Of a stretch of DNA of 64,000 bases, positions 27,131 through 43,045 are shown in pieces. The notes under the pieces are model-generated. The model was not told the origin of the DNA. It saw only the letters and a program-made list of their open reading frames with translations, and made no database searches. Each line of letters starts with the position of its first letter. The first letter of the stretch is position 1. The stretch comes from the human T2T-CHM13v2.0 reference genome, Homo sapiens, in NCBI RefSeq assembly GCF_009914755.1, contig NC_060937.1; one strand, written 5' to 3'. The translations under genes were made by a program, and so were the position numbers.

Positions 27131-27333
27131 TTTTTCAATTCAAGAACTGGATAAAATAAGCGCAAGAATAATTGTCCTTTAATTGATGTAGCAACCTAGT
27201 GTATTACCTTGTAACAAATTAGTATCTAGTGCTGGTTGATGAAAAGAAATAAGCATAATAAAGAGGCAGATCAAATAACTTAATCACTTTTTTGTTGTTG
27301 TCTATGCTATACTGAAAAATGTTATTACTCTGA

Positions 27334-27905
<572 letters not shown>

Positions 27906-28059
27906 TTTTCTTTTCTTTTTTTTTTTTTTATTATTATACTTAAAGTTTTAGGGTACATTTGCACAACGTGCAGGTTTGTTACATATGTATACATGTGCCA
28001 TGTTGGTGTGCTGCACCCATTAAATCGTCATTTACATTAGGTATATCTCCTAATGCTAT
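27906..28059 (-). mobile_element. 5'-truncated L1PA (PA4/PA5-like) 3' end with its own poly(A)
   Basis: Poly-T, then 'attattatacttaaagttttagggtacat...catttacattaggtatatctcctaatgctat'. Confidence 0.92.
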
Positions 28060-29629
28060 TTTTAGTAGAGACGGGGTTTCAGCGTGTTAGCCAGGATAGT
28101 CTCGATCTCCTGACCTAGTGATTCACCCGCCTTGGCCTCCCAAAGTGCTGGGATTACAGGCATGAGCCGCCACACCCAGCCTACTCTGAGCTTTTCAGGA
28201 GAAAAGATTAACCAAATTGTTCTTAAATAGGTGAACTTCCAGATTGCTTTGCTGAGAAGGGTTATAATGGCCTATAGTGAGAATTTCACTGGGCCACAGA
28301 GATATATAATTGCCTAGGACATAAATTTGTGGAGATAAATGCCATGACCTTGATAATTTGCCTACTGATTAAAAGGATAATGTTATGTGTAATTATGAAA
28401 AGACTTTAGTGATAGGTTGATAGGCTTAGTTCAAATGAGTAAGATCTAATAGTAAGTCTATCAGCTGCAGCAATAATACATCACACCTGACTGTTTGTTT
28501 TGGCTTATATATTGTCATGTATGTAAAAATACTAGTGTGAAAAAGAAAAAGAAAATAAGTTCATTGCCTCTGGCCTTTACAGAGATCTAGTGGCAAGGAA
28601 TATAGAAACACAACAAAAGTGACACATGCAGGATATTAGCTGTGAAGAGGAACAGGCTTCCTTAACTTCCCAAGTGTTCTTAAAGATGTACAAAAGCTTA
28701 ATAAACAAAACCCTGTCTCATTTCTCACTTTTCCTCTATGTTGAGTAAAAAGAAAGGAGTTGCTAGAATCATCAGGCAGTTTTATGTGACCAATCATTTT
28801 GACCCTGAAAAATAAGAAATTTCGAGATTCTGAAATAACAATAAATCTTACAAATAAAAAAAGTTACACAAGTTGTTCATTACTGATAAGTGCAGTGCAG
28901 AGCTTGTAAACCTCTTAAATTCTAGGCTTTCCACACCTGTGAAATGGAAGGATCCCAAATTATTACTGATTTGCAGCAGCTGCTACAAATCAGTACTGCC
29001 AGGAGACAAATTTGTTGTCAGTAAGGAAAGCTCCTGCCAAACTTCTTGTCTAAAAAAAGAGATTAGGTGATTTTTACAGTTGCCTACATTGCTAAATCAG
29101 GACTGAGAAATCTGCTTTGCAATTTTCGCTATTACTATTCAGAATATGTTGAATCTCCAGGACCTCCGTGAGTGAGTTGTCTTTTACAGATTACTTGTTG
29201 ATTCTAAAGAATAAAAATGTACAGGTATTTTGAGTTGTACAAACTTGTAATACATCACCAAAATAAATCCATAATCAGATTTTTAATTGTTTCCTCTCTT
29301 TCCCACAAGTGTATAGGATTTAGAGTTAAATATAACATCAAATTTAATTTTGTTTTGAGCTTTCAGAACACTTTGAATGCTTTAAAATCTAAAATATACA
29401 TGGACACCTGATAGATGAATGTAGACCTAAAAACTTTGAAAGACTGTCAGATAGGTTCAAGATTTATCTCTGCCAATAGCCCATAGTCAAATCATTTAAA
29501 CTTCATGCTTCAACTACATTATTAATCATCTGAGAAAATAATACCAGTCTTAGATATATTAAAGAGTTGTAGTCTGTTTATAAACAACAACTGATGTAAA
29601 GCAATTCATATTCAAATTGTAAGGAAATC

Positions 29630-30430
29630 ACATTCTGAGCACTTCTCATCCCTTCCAAGGTTACATCTCTGCTAAGTACAATGCAGAGTTTGTAAACCTT
29701 TATTTACAAACTAGTCCAAGCCACTGTTATGTATTTCTCATCTATAATACTGCAATGGCCTTCTAAATTAAAACTCTACTTACCCTGCCTGTATGCTGCC
29801 TATGATGTATATTAAACAGAGTAATAAGATAGATTTTTAAAAAGCTAATTTAGATTCTGTCACTGGTTTTCTCAAAACCCTGCAATGTTTAACCATTCAC
29901 TCAAAGCAAAATATCTTTAATTGTCCTCAGGTTACATCCTTGACCTCATTTTCTACTCCTCTCCCCTTTATTCTCTTTATTCTCTCCCCTTTATTCTCCC
30001 CAGATCCTCTTTGCTTATTCCTATGATACACAAGACTGAGACTGGATTTCATCAAAGAGTCTTAGCACTTGGTTCCCTTTGCCTGGAGTGTTCACCCTTG
30101 AAAATCTATATGGATAACCCCTCACCTCTTCACAAATCTTTTCTCTCATAACACCTTTTTAATTAAATCTATCTCAACAATCTCTTAAAGCCTTTAACTT
30201 TTCTGTCCCTTTACCTCTTGCATATCATATATTTCTTCTGTTCTATTTTTATTTTGTTACAGAGGACTTTTCATCTCCTAACGTATTATATAATGTATTT
30301 ATTTTTGTGTTTGCAGTTTATTGTCCACCATGACCATTAGATGTCAGTCTTCTGAGGGCATAGATCTTAATCTGTTTTGTTCATTGACGTAATCCAAATA
30401 ATTGCTGATGCATTTAATAAATAAATTAAT
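29630..30430 (+). mobile_element. L2 (L2a-like) 3' region
   Basis: 'ctagtccaagccactg...ctgcaatggccttcta...cttggttccctttgcctggag...gagggcatagatctt...ctgttttgttcattg...aataaataaattaat'. Confidence 0.8.
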
Positions 30431-30509
30431 AAAAAGATAATCTTTTATTCCTAGTATACAATTTTGTTTTATTTGCTTAGTTGTGTGAGGAAGATTTTTC
30501 ACAGACATT

Positions 30510-30710
30510 CTTATTTAATCTCTGAAGGGCACATGCAGCATCTCAATAAAGTACAGAATCTGTTCCCAGAATACCTGTCTAGCTTTATGTGCATGTAAAA
30601 AGTGAAGATGCCTAGATGCATTCAGTCCTACCTCTCCTCTGGGAGTTAGGAAATCTGCATTTTAACAAATTTTCTGAACAATATATTTTGCGTCAAATTT
30701 TGAGACTCGA
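30510..30710. mobile_element. MER5-like hAT fragment
   Basis: 'aggaaatctgcattttaacaaa...caaattttgagact'. Confidence 0.5.
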
Positions 30711-30742
30711 ATTAATGTGATGACTTTCAAAAAAATTTGTCT

Positions 30743-31059
<317 letters not shown>

Positions 31060-31078
31060 TTACCATGCAACCCCCTCC

Positions 31079-31079
<1 letters not shown>

Positions 31080-31118
<39 letters not shown>
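31080..31118. repeat. (CA)n microsatellite
   Basis: About 19 perfect units. Confidence 0.95.
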
Positions 31119-31119
<1 letters not shown>

Positions 31120-31123
<4 letters not shown>

Positions 31124-31230
31124 TTCACTAAGATAGATCATATTCTCAACCATAAAATAATATGCAAAAGTTTACAAAGATTAAAATCTGTAAAAATTAC
31201 CTGATCACAACAAAATAAAATAAAAAATTA
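31120..31230 (+). mobile_element. Old L1 ORF2 endonuclease-domain fragment
   Basis: Translates as FTKIDHIL (ORF 31001-31204), similar to the L1 EN motif SKIDH. Followed by 'ctgatcacaac' (SDH-like). Confidence 0.6.
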
Positions 31231-31232
31231 AA

Positions 31233-31650
31233 TGGGGTTCAGGACATCTACCCCAAAATACGAAAACTTAGCATTTAAGAAAACAGCAGAAGCAGGAAGA
31301 TCTCTCTGAACTTCTGCTCTTCTCCTCTGAAGTATGGCATAAAAGAATTCTGACAGTTCTCTAAAGTAAACTCTCTTAAGAACCAAGGTTTTTTTTTGGC
31401 CCCACTCATCTCCTTTAAAAATCATTTACTCTTCCTCTAAAATTGCCTACATTCTCCACTTCCCTCTCCCCTAGGAAGACAATATGTAAGCTTTAATGTT
31501 TTGGCCCTTCTTTGAGTTTTGTTATTTTGTGGGACTCCCTTGTACTTGCACATAATAAATTTTTATTCTTTTTTCTCCCCCCAGTTTATGTCTGTTTTGT
31601 TTCATAGACTAAAATTATCTAATCATCAGGGGGTGGAAAGAAAGGTTTTA
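31233..31650 (+). mobile_element. MER39/MER34-like ERV1 solo LTR
   Basis: 'ggggttcaggacatctaccccaaaata...gaaaacagcagaagcaggaag', with AATAAA near 31554. Confidence 0.7.
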
Positions 31651-33774
31651 TGTGTTTCGGAATTTTCTGGGAATGTTTTTCTTCCTGCCTGTTCCAGTCT
31701 TCCCATTAAATTCCTTAAAACTGACAAATGACTTTACTCTTCAAAACTTAATTAGTGACAATTTTGTAGAAATGATTTAAAGATACTTGGCATATGCAAT
31801 TTTGTAAACAGCATTTTTCCCTGATAGTATTGGCTTGCCACTTTTTTCTGTTTCAGATATTCTCCTACACATATCATCAGAAATATTTATAAAGGTTAAT
31901 TAGGACACTGGAAATTATAGCAAGTCTTTTAACTTTTAAATTCAGTAAGTATGTGGCAAAGTTTTATCTTAGAAAAATATTACTAAATATAGTTAATCAC
32001 AATATCAGAGAATCTTTCATTTCTTATTTTTGAGGAATGATATAATGCAAGAGGTTTTTGAACCATAGGGTTCAGTGAATATCCTTCCAGTACATATTCT
32101 GTGTTTATAAAATGCAGTTTTAAAAAATCTGTTTTATATATTTTATTTCTTGGTTGTCTTTTATTTAAACAAAGGATTCTTCATATCTTGTTAGGTGTTA
32201 TACAATCTTTTTTTGGTTTCTGCATGAGGAAAAGGGATAATAACATCACTGGGTTGTTGTGAAAATGAAATATCACTATGCATATAAAATGTTTAACATG
32301 GTGACTTAATCAATGTGAGCTACTACTATATTTTAAAAGTTGAAAACCCCTATACACTAGTATATTACATTGGAAAGAATATTTAAATCAAGAATTTAGA
32401 AAGCAGATAAAATACGTTTCAATATATGAACTTAAAGATATTTGTGTGATTTAAAATAAAACATACTTCAACTGTTCTTAACTGAAATGTTGACTTAAAT
32501 TAAAAATGTGCATTTTTTAAAAAAAACCACAAGTTTCCCAAAGCTTGAGTAACATTAAAAACATGAATTTATAATACTCTTACATAAAATGGAATCAAAC
32601 TTAAATATATTAGTTAAGTTTACAGCCCCCAAGCCAGCAAGATAGGTTTTCATTTCTAAGTCTTAGAATCAGTGTTATTACCAAGGAATACAGAGTAGCT
32701 AATAAATCACTAGATGTGTAAAATTAATGACTCAAAAAATGGCTTAAATCCTCAACTCACTTAAAAAATCTGTCATTAACATGAAAAATGCAAGAACAGT
32801 GGATAACTTGGATGTGAAGAAGACCTTGTTGAATTAGTTATTGACAAACAGAAGATAACGAAGTACTTGGCTCATATTGAAATAAATGTAAACAAGCAGG
32901 ATGCATAACTTGCATTCCAGAGGAAATTAGAAATTCTGCTTACTCTGTTTAGTCATATTTTAAAAGCCAAGGGAACTAGAATGATTTGTTAAAATGAAAC
33001 TGGGTAAGGAGACATGAAATAGCTAAAGATTTTTAAAGTTAGTATAATGATGAGGGACTCATATGGTACACATGTTGACCAGCCCAATGGTAGCTTCTAC
33101 TAATTTTCATCTAAAATAATAAATCAAATTAGAAAAAGACAAACGTCTCGCAATTTCAAAAACTAAGATTAGAGAAAAACACAATAGCAGAATACACAAA
33201 GTGTTGAAATTTAGAGATACTTAAGCTGTATTTTTAAATATTTACCAAGGCTTCACTTCATGTAAACAAGACCATCTGAAAACAGGGAAACCCTTCCACT
33301 CCACTCGACCCCCTAATTATCTTTTCTCTGACTCAGACAAACAACATTAATACCTATAATTACTGTCCCCAAATAACAATTACCAAACAACACAAGTAAA
33401 TGAAACAAACAAACTAACAAAATACTAAATATCAGACAGGAGGCACTCAATTCCATAAACACTGTATTTCAGCTTGTGGAAATGCCATTTTTCTCAACCT
33501 CTTCTTTTCTTTCATTGCATAGAATCTGCCAAAGGAATATTATATTCTGAGTGCTCAGCTCTGCACATCAGGTAAGAATAAATCCTAAAATCAGCATATA
33601 CTTTTTTAAGTTCTCTACCCCAAGAGTCTGAAAACCTAATTGCACAGCACTGTCACCTTTGAGTCAGGTGCCCAGATAATCAGATGCACCACTGAATCAG
33701 AATCTTGAGTGATAAATCCTGTAAGTTTTCTTTCTTCCTTTTTCATTTGTTCATTTGTTAGTTCCTTCCTTCCT

Positions 33775-33842
33775 TTTTCTGTTTTTTGTTTGTTTTGTTT
33801 TGTTGTTTGTTTGTTTTGTTTTGTTTGTTTGTTTGTTTGTTT
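33775..33842. repeat. (TTTG)n/(TTTTG)n simple repeat inside a MER5-like remnant
   Basis: Read directly. Flanks 'cactgaatcagaatct' and 'gattctgatgtccaagaaagtttgggag' are MER5-like. Confidence 0.85.
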
Positions 33843-34289
33843 CTACATGCCAGGGATTCTGATGTCCAAGAAAGTTTGGGAGTCCCTCCTCTATCCCTCT
33901 AATGTATCCACTTTATATAAGATTCTGCACTCCTGAGACATTCTAAAAGACCTTGGATTCAACAATCTGCTAATCTCTTTCCTACACTTGCTTACTGCAT
34001 TCATAGAGTCTAATACTAACAAACATGATACTTAGATTTCTGACAAATATATAAACACTACTGGTAAAAAATAATCCAAAAAACCCCAAACTCATTACTT
34101 ATTTTGTTTCCCATCTTCTGGACAATTTTATCTCCTCTTCCTTTTTTAATTTGGGGAAATTTTACCAAACCTTTTCTATCCTCTTTACTGAGACATAAAT
34201 GTTAGATAATTCTAGCCTCTAGCCTCTTCTTCAATCTAAAAGAGTTATCGTTATTCTCTCTGATAACATTGTTAAAATTCTGCCACTTC

Positions 34290-34591
34290 TTTTTTTTAAG
34301 ACAGGGTCTGGCTCTGTCATGCGGTCTGGACTGCGGTCGTGCAATCACATCTCACTGTATGTAGCCTCTACCTCCTGAGCTAAGTGATCCTCCCACTTCT
34401 GTCTCCTGAGTAACTGGGACTACACCTGTGTGACACCATGCCTGGCTTTTTGTTGTTGTTGTTTTCTTTTTTAGTAAAGACAGGGTTTTGCTGTGTTAAC
34501 CACCCTGTACTCCAACCCCTGGGATCAAGCAATTCTCCTGCTTTGGCCTCCCAGAGTGTTGGGATTACAGTGTAAGCCACTGTGCCTGGTC
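34290..34591 (-). mobile_element. AluJ
   Basis: 'agacagggtctggctctgtc...ctaagtgatcctcccac...gacagggttttgctgtgtt...ggatcaagcaattctcc'. Confidence 0.9.
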
Positions 34592-34789
34592 TCAATTCTT
34601 TTTATTTCTAGCATGTTTACTTCTCACCAAATAGGCATAGCCTATTTGCTTTCCTTGTTTTATGTTTCCATACTCCTTCCTGTCTCTAACACCTACAAGA
34701 AACCTGAGCCCATCATTCTGCTGTTTAAAATCTTTTAGAACTCATAGTTTTCAGAACAAAGTTCAGCTTCCTTGTTTCTTAAGATGGTA

Positions 34790-35940
<1,151 letters not shown>

Positions 35941-37211
35941 AGTCAAACTGTTGCTATTTGCTGATGATATGATTGTATACCTAGAAAACCCTAAAGATTC
36001 CTTCAAAAATCTCTGAGAATTGATAAATGAATTCAGCAAAGTTTCAGGATACAAAATTAATGTACACAAGGGAGTAACTCACCTATACACCAACAGCAAC
36101 CAAGCTGAGAATCAAATCAAGAATTCAACCCCTCTACAAAAGGTGCAAAAAATAAATAAATAAATAAATAACCCAACAACTTAGAAATATACCTAACCAA
36201 GGAGGTGAAAGACTATACAAGGAAACTCTAAAAACTGCTGAAAGAAATCATAGATGATACAAACAAATGGAAACACATCCCATGCTCATGGATGGGTAGA
36301 ATCAATATTGTGAAAATGACCATACTGCCAAAAGCAATCTACAAATTCAATGCAATTCATCATCAAACAATTCCCACCATCGTTCTTCACAGAACTAGAA
36401 AACACAATCCTAAAATTCATATGGAACTATAAAAAAGCCCGCATAGCCAAAACAAGACTAAGCAAAAAGAACAAATCTGGAGGCATCACATTACCTAATT
36501 TCAAACTATACTGTAGGGCCATAGTCACCAAAGCAGCATGGCACTAGTATACAAATAGGCATATAGACCAATGGAACAGAATAGAGAATCCAGAAATAAA
36601 GCCACATGCTTACAGCCAAATGATCTTTGACAAAGCAAAAACAAACAAACAAACAAACAAAAAAAAAAAACCAACAACATAAAGTGGGGGAAAGGACACC
36701 CTGTGCAACAAATGGGGCTGGGATAATTGGCAAGCCACATGTGGGAGAATAAAATTGGATCTTCATCTCTCACCTTATACAAAAATCAACTCAAGATGGG
36801 TCAAGGGCTTAAAACTAATACATGAAATAATAAAAATTCTAGAAGATAACCACAGAAAAACCTTTCTAGGCATTGTCTTAGGCAAGGATTTAATGACCAA
36901 GAACCCAAAAGGAAATGTAATAAAAACAAAGATAAATAGCTGGAACTTCATTAAACTAAAGAGCTTTTGCACGGCAAAAGGAACAGTCAGCAGAGTAAAG
37001 AGACAACCCACAGAGTGGGAGAAAATCTTCACAATCTGTACATCTGGGAAAGGACTAACATCCAGAATCTACAGTAAACTCAAACAAATTAGCAAGACAA
37101 AAACAAACAATCCCATCAAAAAGTGAGCTAAGAACATGAATAGACAATTCTCAAAAGAAAATACACAAATGGCCAACAAACATATGAAAAAATACTCAAC
37201 ATCACTAATGA
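35941..37211 (+). mobile_element. Sense segment of L1PB (L1PB1-like) ORF2, 3' end missing
   Basis: Starts at '[13 protein letters not shown]'. L1PB-type 'gataattggcaagccacatg' and 'aaaggaacagtcagcagagtaaa'. Stops at 'atcactaatga' with no 3' UTR or poly(A). Confidence 0.9.
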
Positions 37212-37991
37212 GAATACAAATTATTTTTGAAAACATGCAGAAATTTTAAAAATAGGACTTTCATTATACAACAAAAATAGTCTCAATTAATTCTAAAAGA
37301 TGAATGGTACCAGAGTATTTTTAGCATAATACAATCATATTAGATGTTAAGAAATAAAGGAGAGCTAAACATATTCTCACATGTTTAAAATTAAATAACA
37401 TATAACTAAATAAACTTTGATTTCTAAAGGAAATTCTAATATAGATCATATAACACTTCAAAATAATAGTCAATAAAAATATTCCAATGATAATTCTGTA
37501 GGAAACAATAAAGGCAATTCTTAGAAGAAATAGCATAGCTTTAAATGGATTTATTAGGAAACAATAAAAGTTATAAGCAAACCAATTAAGCAAATCAACT
37601 TAGCATTTAACTCAACAATTCAGAGAAAGAACAAAACAAATTAAGGGAATAACAAAATAACATGGGAAATTTAGTAAAATAGAGGATAAAATCAGTGGTG
37701 AAGAAACTTTTAAAACAAACAGAACAACTATTTTTTTGAAAAAAAAAAAGCAGCAAACTTTTGGCAACAATGATCAAGGAAAAACACACAATATAAAAAT
37801 GAACAAAATGTAGAATAAAAAAGGTTGACTAAGTATAGAAACAAGGAAGATGTCAAATATGTTTTAAGAATGACAACATAGATGAAACAAGATATTGTAT
37901 AATAAAGATGCTCAATTCGTCATATGTAAATTATTAGAGATGCAGGTATAAAAGGAATTCGTATAATTCTAATAACACCCTTGCAGATGTT

Positions 37992-38297
<306 letters not shown>

Positions 38298-39880
38298 TCC
38301 TTGCAGGTTTTTACTGAGTGTGTTCTAGCAATCATTTAGTGAACGGTTAATAGCCACCTTGTATATTTTGTTGCAGAATAAAGAAAAAGTGGCACAAATA
38401 ATTAATGGTAAGTATTACTTATAATATTAGATGCAAAATCTTAAATACTGAAAAATATTAAATAATATCTCTTTATAAACAGAAAATATTTCTTATTTTT
38501 TGGAACAACACGCAGAATTAAACCTTCAAAAGCCTATCAATGTAATGCTACTCACCATATTGATATTCAAAAGAAAGAAATACTGTGATCATCTCAATTA
38601 TCAGAAAAAGCATTTGGTAAAATTCATTTATGATGAATTTCTTTAAAAAGTCAGAAAAGTAGAGCTAACCCTTAACTTAGTTAAATCTGCACTTTGCAAA
38701 ACAACTGAGAAGTCTGCATTTAAAGTTGAGCTATGTCTATATTCCTAGAAATAAAAGAAAGATTCTAATAACTACCACTAGTATTAAACCTAGGACTAAA
38801 AGTTCTGGCCAACGTTACAATAAAAAGTGATAAAAAATTAAAAAGATAAGATAAAACTGTTCTTAAGATGATATGAATGTATTCTTAGAAATACCTTTGG
38901 AAGCGACACATAAACTATTAAAAACGATAAGCAAGTTTCACAAAGTTACTGTGTATAAGAGCTACTTATTAATCTTATTAGCATTTTCCTACATAAACAA
39001 TAAATAAAGATAGAATATAACAAATATTAAGGTGCCATTCAAATAACAGAAATAATAAGTAAAACATCAAATTTAGTATAAAGTATACAGCAATGAAAAC
39101 CATAAAGATACAAGACTTACGGACAGAATTTGAAAATTTTAATACAGGTCTTCAAAATGTTTCTTACTCTAGGGTGATAAGAATTAGTTTTATAAATATA
39201 TCAATTCTTCTGAGTCTAAATTTTAAAGCAATTTTAATCAAAATGTCAAAAAAATTGTAAGAAATTTTTAAAGAAAATATATATTTTAAATCTTATATGA
39301 AGAAATAATAAACTATACATAGAATAATAAACTTTGGAGAAAAGAGAAAATAAGATTAACTCGACCTCCTTGACATTAAGACATAATGTAAAGCCATGTT
39401 AATAAAAAGAGTACACAAAAATATTTACCATCTGTACGTGGAACTTTTGCCAAGTTGTCTATGCTTTCCGTAGATAACTTGAAAAAAGTTCCATGAACAT
39501 TTGGTAAAATAATGTAAAGACGATACTACAAATCCATGTTGAAATAATGGATTGTCAGGTAGAGAGTGTTAAAAAAAAATAAAGAAAAATACATAGTTTA
39601 GTTACTTGGATTACCAACTAACAGAATTTATAAAAATGATCAACAGGTAAATTAAATAGCTACTTGTAGATGATAAAACATTAAAGTTAATTATAATAAA
39701 AGGAAGATATTTTTGAATTAGTGCGTAGAAAAATCTTTTTACCAAAAGCCCCATTGCTCACATCAAAATGAAAACAAAAATAACTAGTTAAAAATTAAAT
39801 ATTTATGTTCAATAAAGAGAAGATACAGAAATAATTAAAATGTAGAAAATACAAGGAAATAAAATATTTTAAGTGTCTCA

Positions 39881-39949
39881 AAAATGAGACTAAAATGAGT
39901 CTAAATGAGACTAAAATTGGAAACTAAAATGAGTCTAAAATGAGACTAA
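39881..39949. repeat. ~11-bp minisatellite, AAAATGAG(A/T)CT, about 6 copies
   Basis: aaaatgagact aaaatgagtct aaatgagact aaaattggaaact aaaatgagtct aaaatgagact. Confidence 0.85.
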
Positions 39950-41204
39950 TATTAGAACAGTATAAAGAAGTTCTGCAAATCAACAAGAGTAATTCAGTAG
40001 GAAATTGGACAAAGAAAATAAACAATTACTGAATCAAAACCTAAAAAGCCTGAACTCATTAGTAATCATATTATTAATGTAAAATAAACTAAAAATAAGA
40101 TTGCATCTTGCAGCCAGTATAATATCCAGGAAAATATATGAAAGCAGTAACTCCAAGCACTGGTGGCATTATGAGAATGGGGAAACATCTATGTACTCAT
40201 ACGCCTATGGTTGACTGTAACTTGATGTAACCATTCAACATAATTGTCTGGCAGTATTTAATTAAACTATTATATATGTATACCCTATAATCTAGAAGAC
40301 CTGGTTCTCCTTAGCTGTCGTAATCCTTGTTGGCCAAGACTAAACATAGTCTCATATAAGTCTGTTAAGGGACATGGGAATTTATGTTTATCTAAGCATT
40401 CCTATGGATGTCAGGAGTTGAAGATGATCATGTTGCCTTACCAGTGGAGAAGGAACTAGGTGAAACTCTCCTGATGCACAGAATAGGGTATTATCCAGTA
40501 GTCAGAAAGAGAAATATTTACTCACAGAAATGTGGATAGATCTTAAAAGCAACTTGAAAGTCGAGTAAAAAAATTTAGCCACAGAGTGAGAAAAAAAAAT
40601 TATTAATATTTAAATATGTTCATGTCTAACAACAGCACAGATTTTTCACTAATATTCACAAAGATTTATCTCAAGTGCATTTAAATGTTTTCCCACTGGG
40701 AAGGAAAGAAAAAGGAGTGGGGAATAGGGATGAAACATACAACTGAATGAAAATAAATGAATGAATCAGCAACAAGAAAGGAAAATTGCATGGGCTCATC
40801 ATTATTTGTTTTATTAATCCAGAACTATAATTAGCTTCAATGTTCTGAACCAGGGATATTTTTAAAACTAAGAAAAAAAAATCAATTCCTTAAGATTCTT
40901 TTTCTAATACTTATATCTTACTTATTTCAAGTTTGCTATATATATAAATATTTTCACTTTGTCCATAAACACCAATTAAAGTTCCCAAAGTTGTCCTTTA
41001 TTTTCCCCTTTTGTGTAAATGAATATGCTCTACCAGTAGCTAGGACATATTATCCCCTCACTCCGTCTCTACCTGGCTATGATTTACAATGTTCTTAAAG
41101 GTCTCCTCTTTTTTTCTTTTCTCCCAATTTAAGCTGTATACTATTTCTGTGTATTATTATGTTATTTTCTAAGAAGTGGTTCATATACATTGTTAAATAC
41201 TAGC

Positions 41205-41851
41205 TTTCTATTAATTCTGCATTGCTACATAAAAAATTATCACAAACTTGGCAAATTATTACTGATTCAATCACTCACAGTTCTCTAGTTCAGAACTCCA
41301 GGAATGATATAGGTGGGTTCTTTACTCAGTGTCTGAAGGGCTGACATCAAGATGTTAAAAAGGTTACAATCGTATCTGTAGGCTCTAGGCATGAATCCGC
41401 TTTGGAAGTAATTTTTCTTATTGACAAAATTTAGTCCCTGGTTCTACCTCTGATGTCCCCGTTTCCTTATTGGCTGTCAGCCAAGGGCTGTTCTCAGCAT
41501 CTACAGGCTTATTGCATTCCTCACCGCATGGCTCCCTAGGTCTTCAATACAGCAACATTTAAGTGAATCCTTCTCATATATGTTGAAACTCTGACATCAT
41601 CTATCTCTGACTACTACAACCTGATTGAAAGTACTGTGTGATCAGGTTGGACAGGCATACCTGGATAATATCCCTATTTTAAGGTAAATCAAATTTTTAT
41701 CCTAGTTCATTGGCACAATCTTTTTGCTACATAATGTAACAATCGTAGGAGTAATAGCTGACCAAATTATCAGGTTTAACCCACGTTTAAGAAGAAGAGA
41801 GTACCTAGAAGCAAGTGCCATTGGAAGTCCTCTTAAAATTCTGATTCCCAT
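41205..41851 (-). mobile_element. MLT1 (MLT1E-like) LTR
   Basis: 'ctcacagttctctagttcagaactccagg...gtccccgtttccttattggctgtcagcc...tcttaaaattctgattcccata'. Confidence 0.75.
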
Positions 41852-42029
41852 AATCTGCCCTGTGGCCCCAGTGTTCCACATCTGTCCATCATGCAAAATA
41901 CATTGACTCCATCTCTAGGTCTCCAAAAGGTTCCCAATGACAAGATTAGCTCATCTTAGTTAATTTATAAAAATATATGTGTATATATATATTTATATGT
42001 ATATATGTATACATTTATATATGTATACA

Positions 42030-42330
42030 TTTATTAGTCACATTTATGAAGGCTGAGAAATCCAAAATCAAGGTGCTAGCAAGTTTGGTGTCCGGTGACA
42101 GCACATTCCTCATAGATGGCATTGTCTAGGTATCCTCAAATGGTAGAAGGGACAAAAAAGGCAAAAGAGAGTTTATTTTTTGCTAAAAGATAAACTATGT
42201 TTTTGCCTTTTTTAACCCCCTTTGAGAAAGTAATTAATCACTTTCCTAAAGGCCCCACCTCTTAGTATCACCACAATGGAAGTTAAGTTTCAAACATTTT
42301 GGAGAGGACACACATTTAGACCATAGTATA
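42030..42330 (-). mobile_element. MST/MLT1A LTR preceded by (TA)n
   Basis: 'ggctgagaaatccaaaatcaaggtgctagca...cctaaaggccccacctcttagtatcacc...cacacatttagaccatag'. Confidence 0.75.
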
Positions 42331-42761
42331 GATCAAGTTTAAAATCCATTCCTCTAACTCTAAATCTCATCATCTAGGTCATTTAAATCATGTTTCTATG
42401 AGGCTCTTGGGTGTAATTCATTCTGGAGCACAATTCTTTTACATCTGTGAACCTGCAAAATTAAAGACATAAATTTTCTGCCCTCAAAACTCCAACATAC
42501 AGTAGTGGAATGGATATATGATAACGGTTACAGACATTTGTTAAAAAGTGGGAAAATGGGAGGTAAAAGAGTTGCCAGTTCAAAGCTGTTTTGTAATCCA
42601 GTTAAGAAAACTCCATCAGGAATTCCCTTATGAGGTCTGGAGGGCTAGAAAGAATTCTCTGAGGTGAAGCCCAAGGTCTGGGCTTCCTTTTCTCCCTCTG
42701 GACCCTTAGCTCCACCCTCTGAATTATCCTTTCTTTTTCATGAATAGTAGCACTTGTTTGA

Positions 42762-43045
<284 letters not shown>

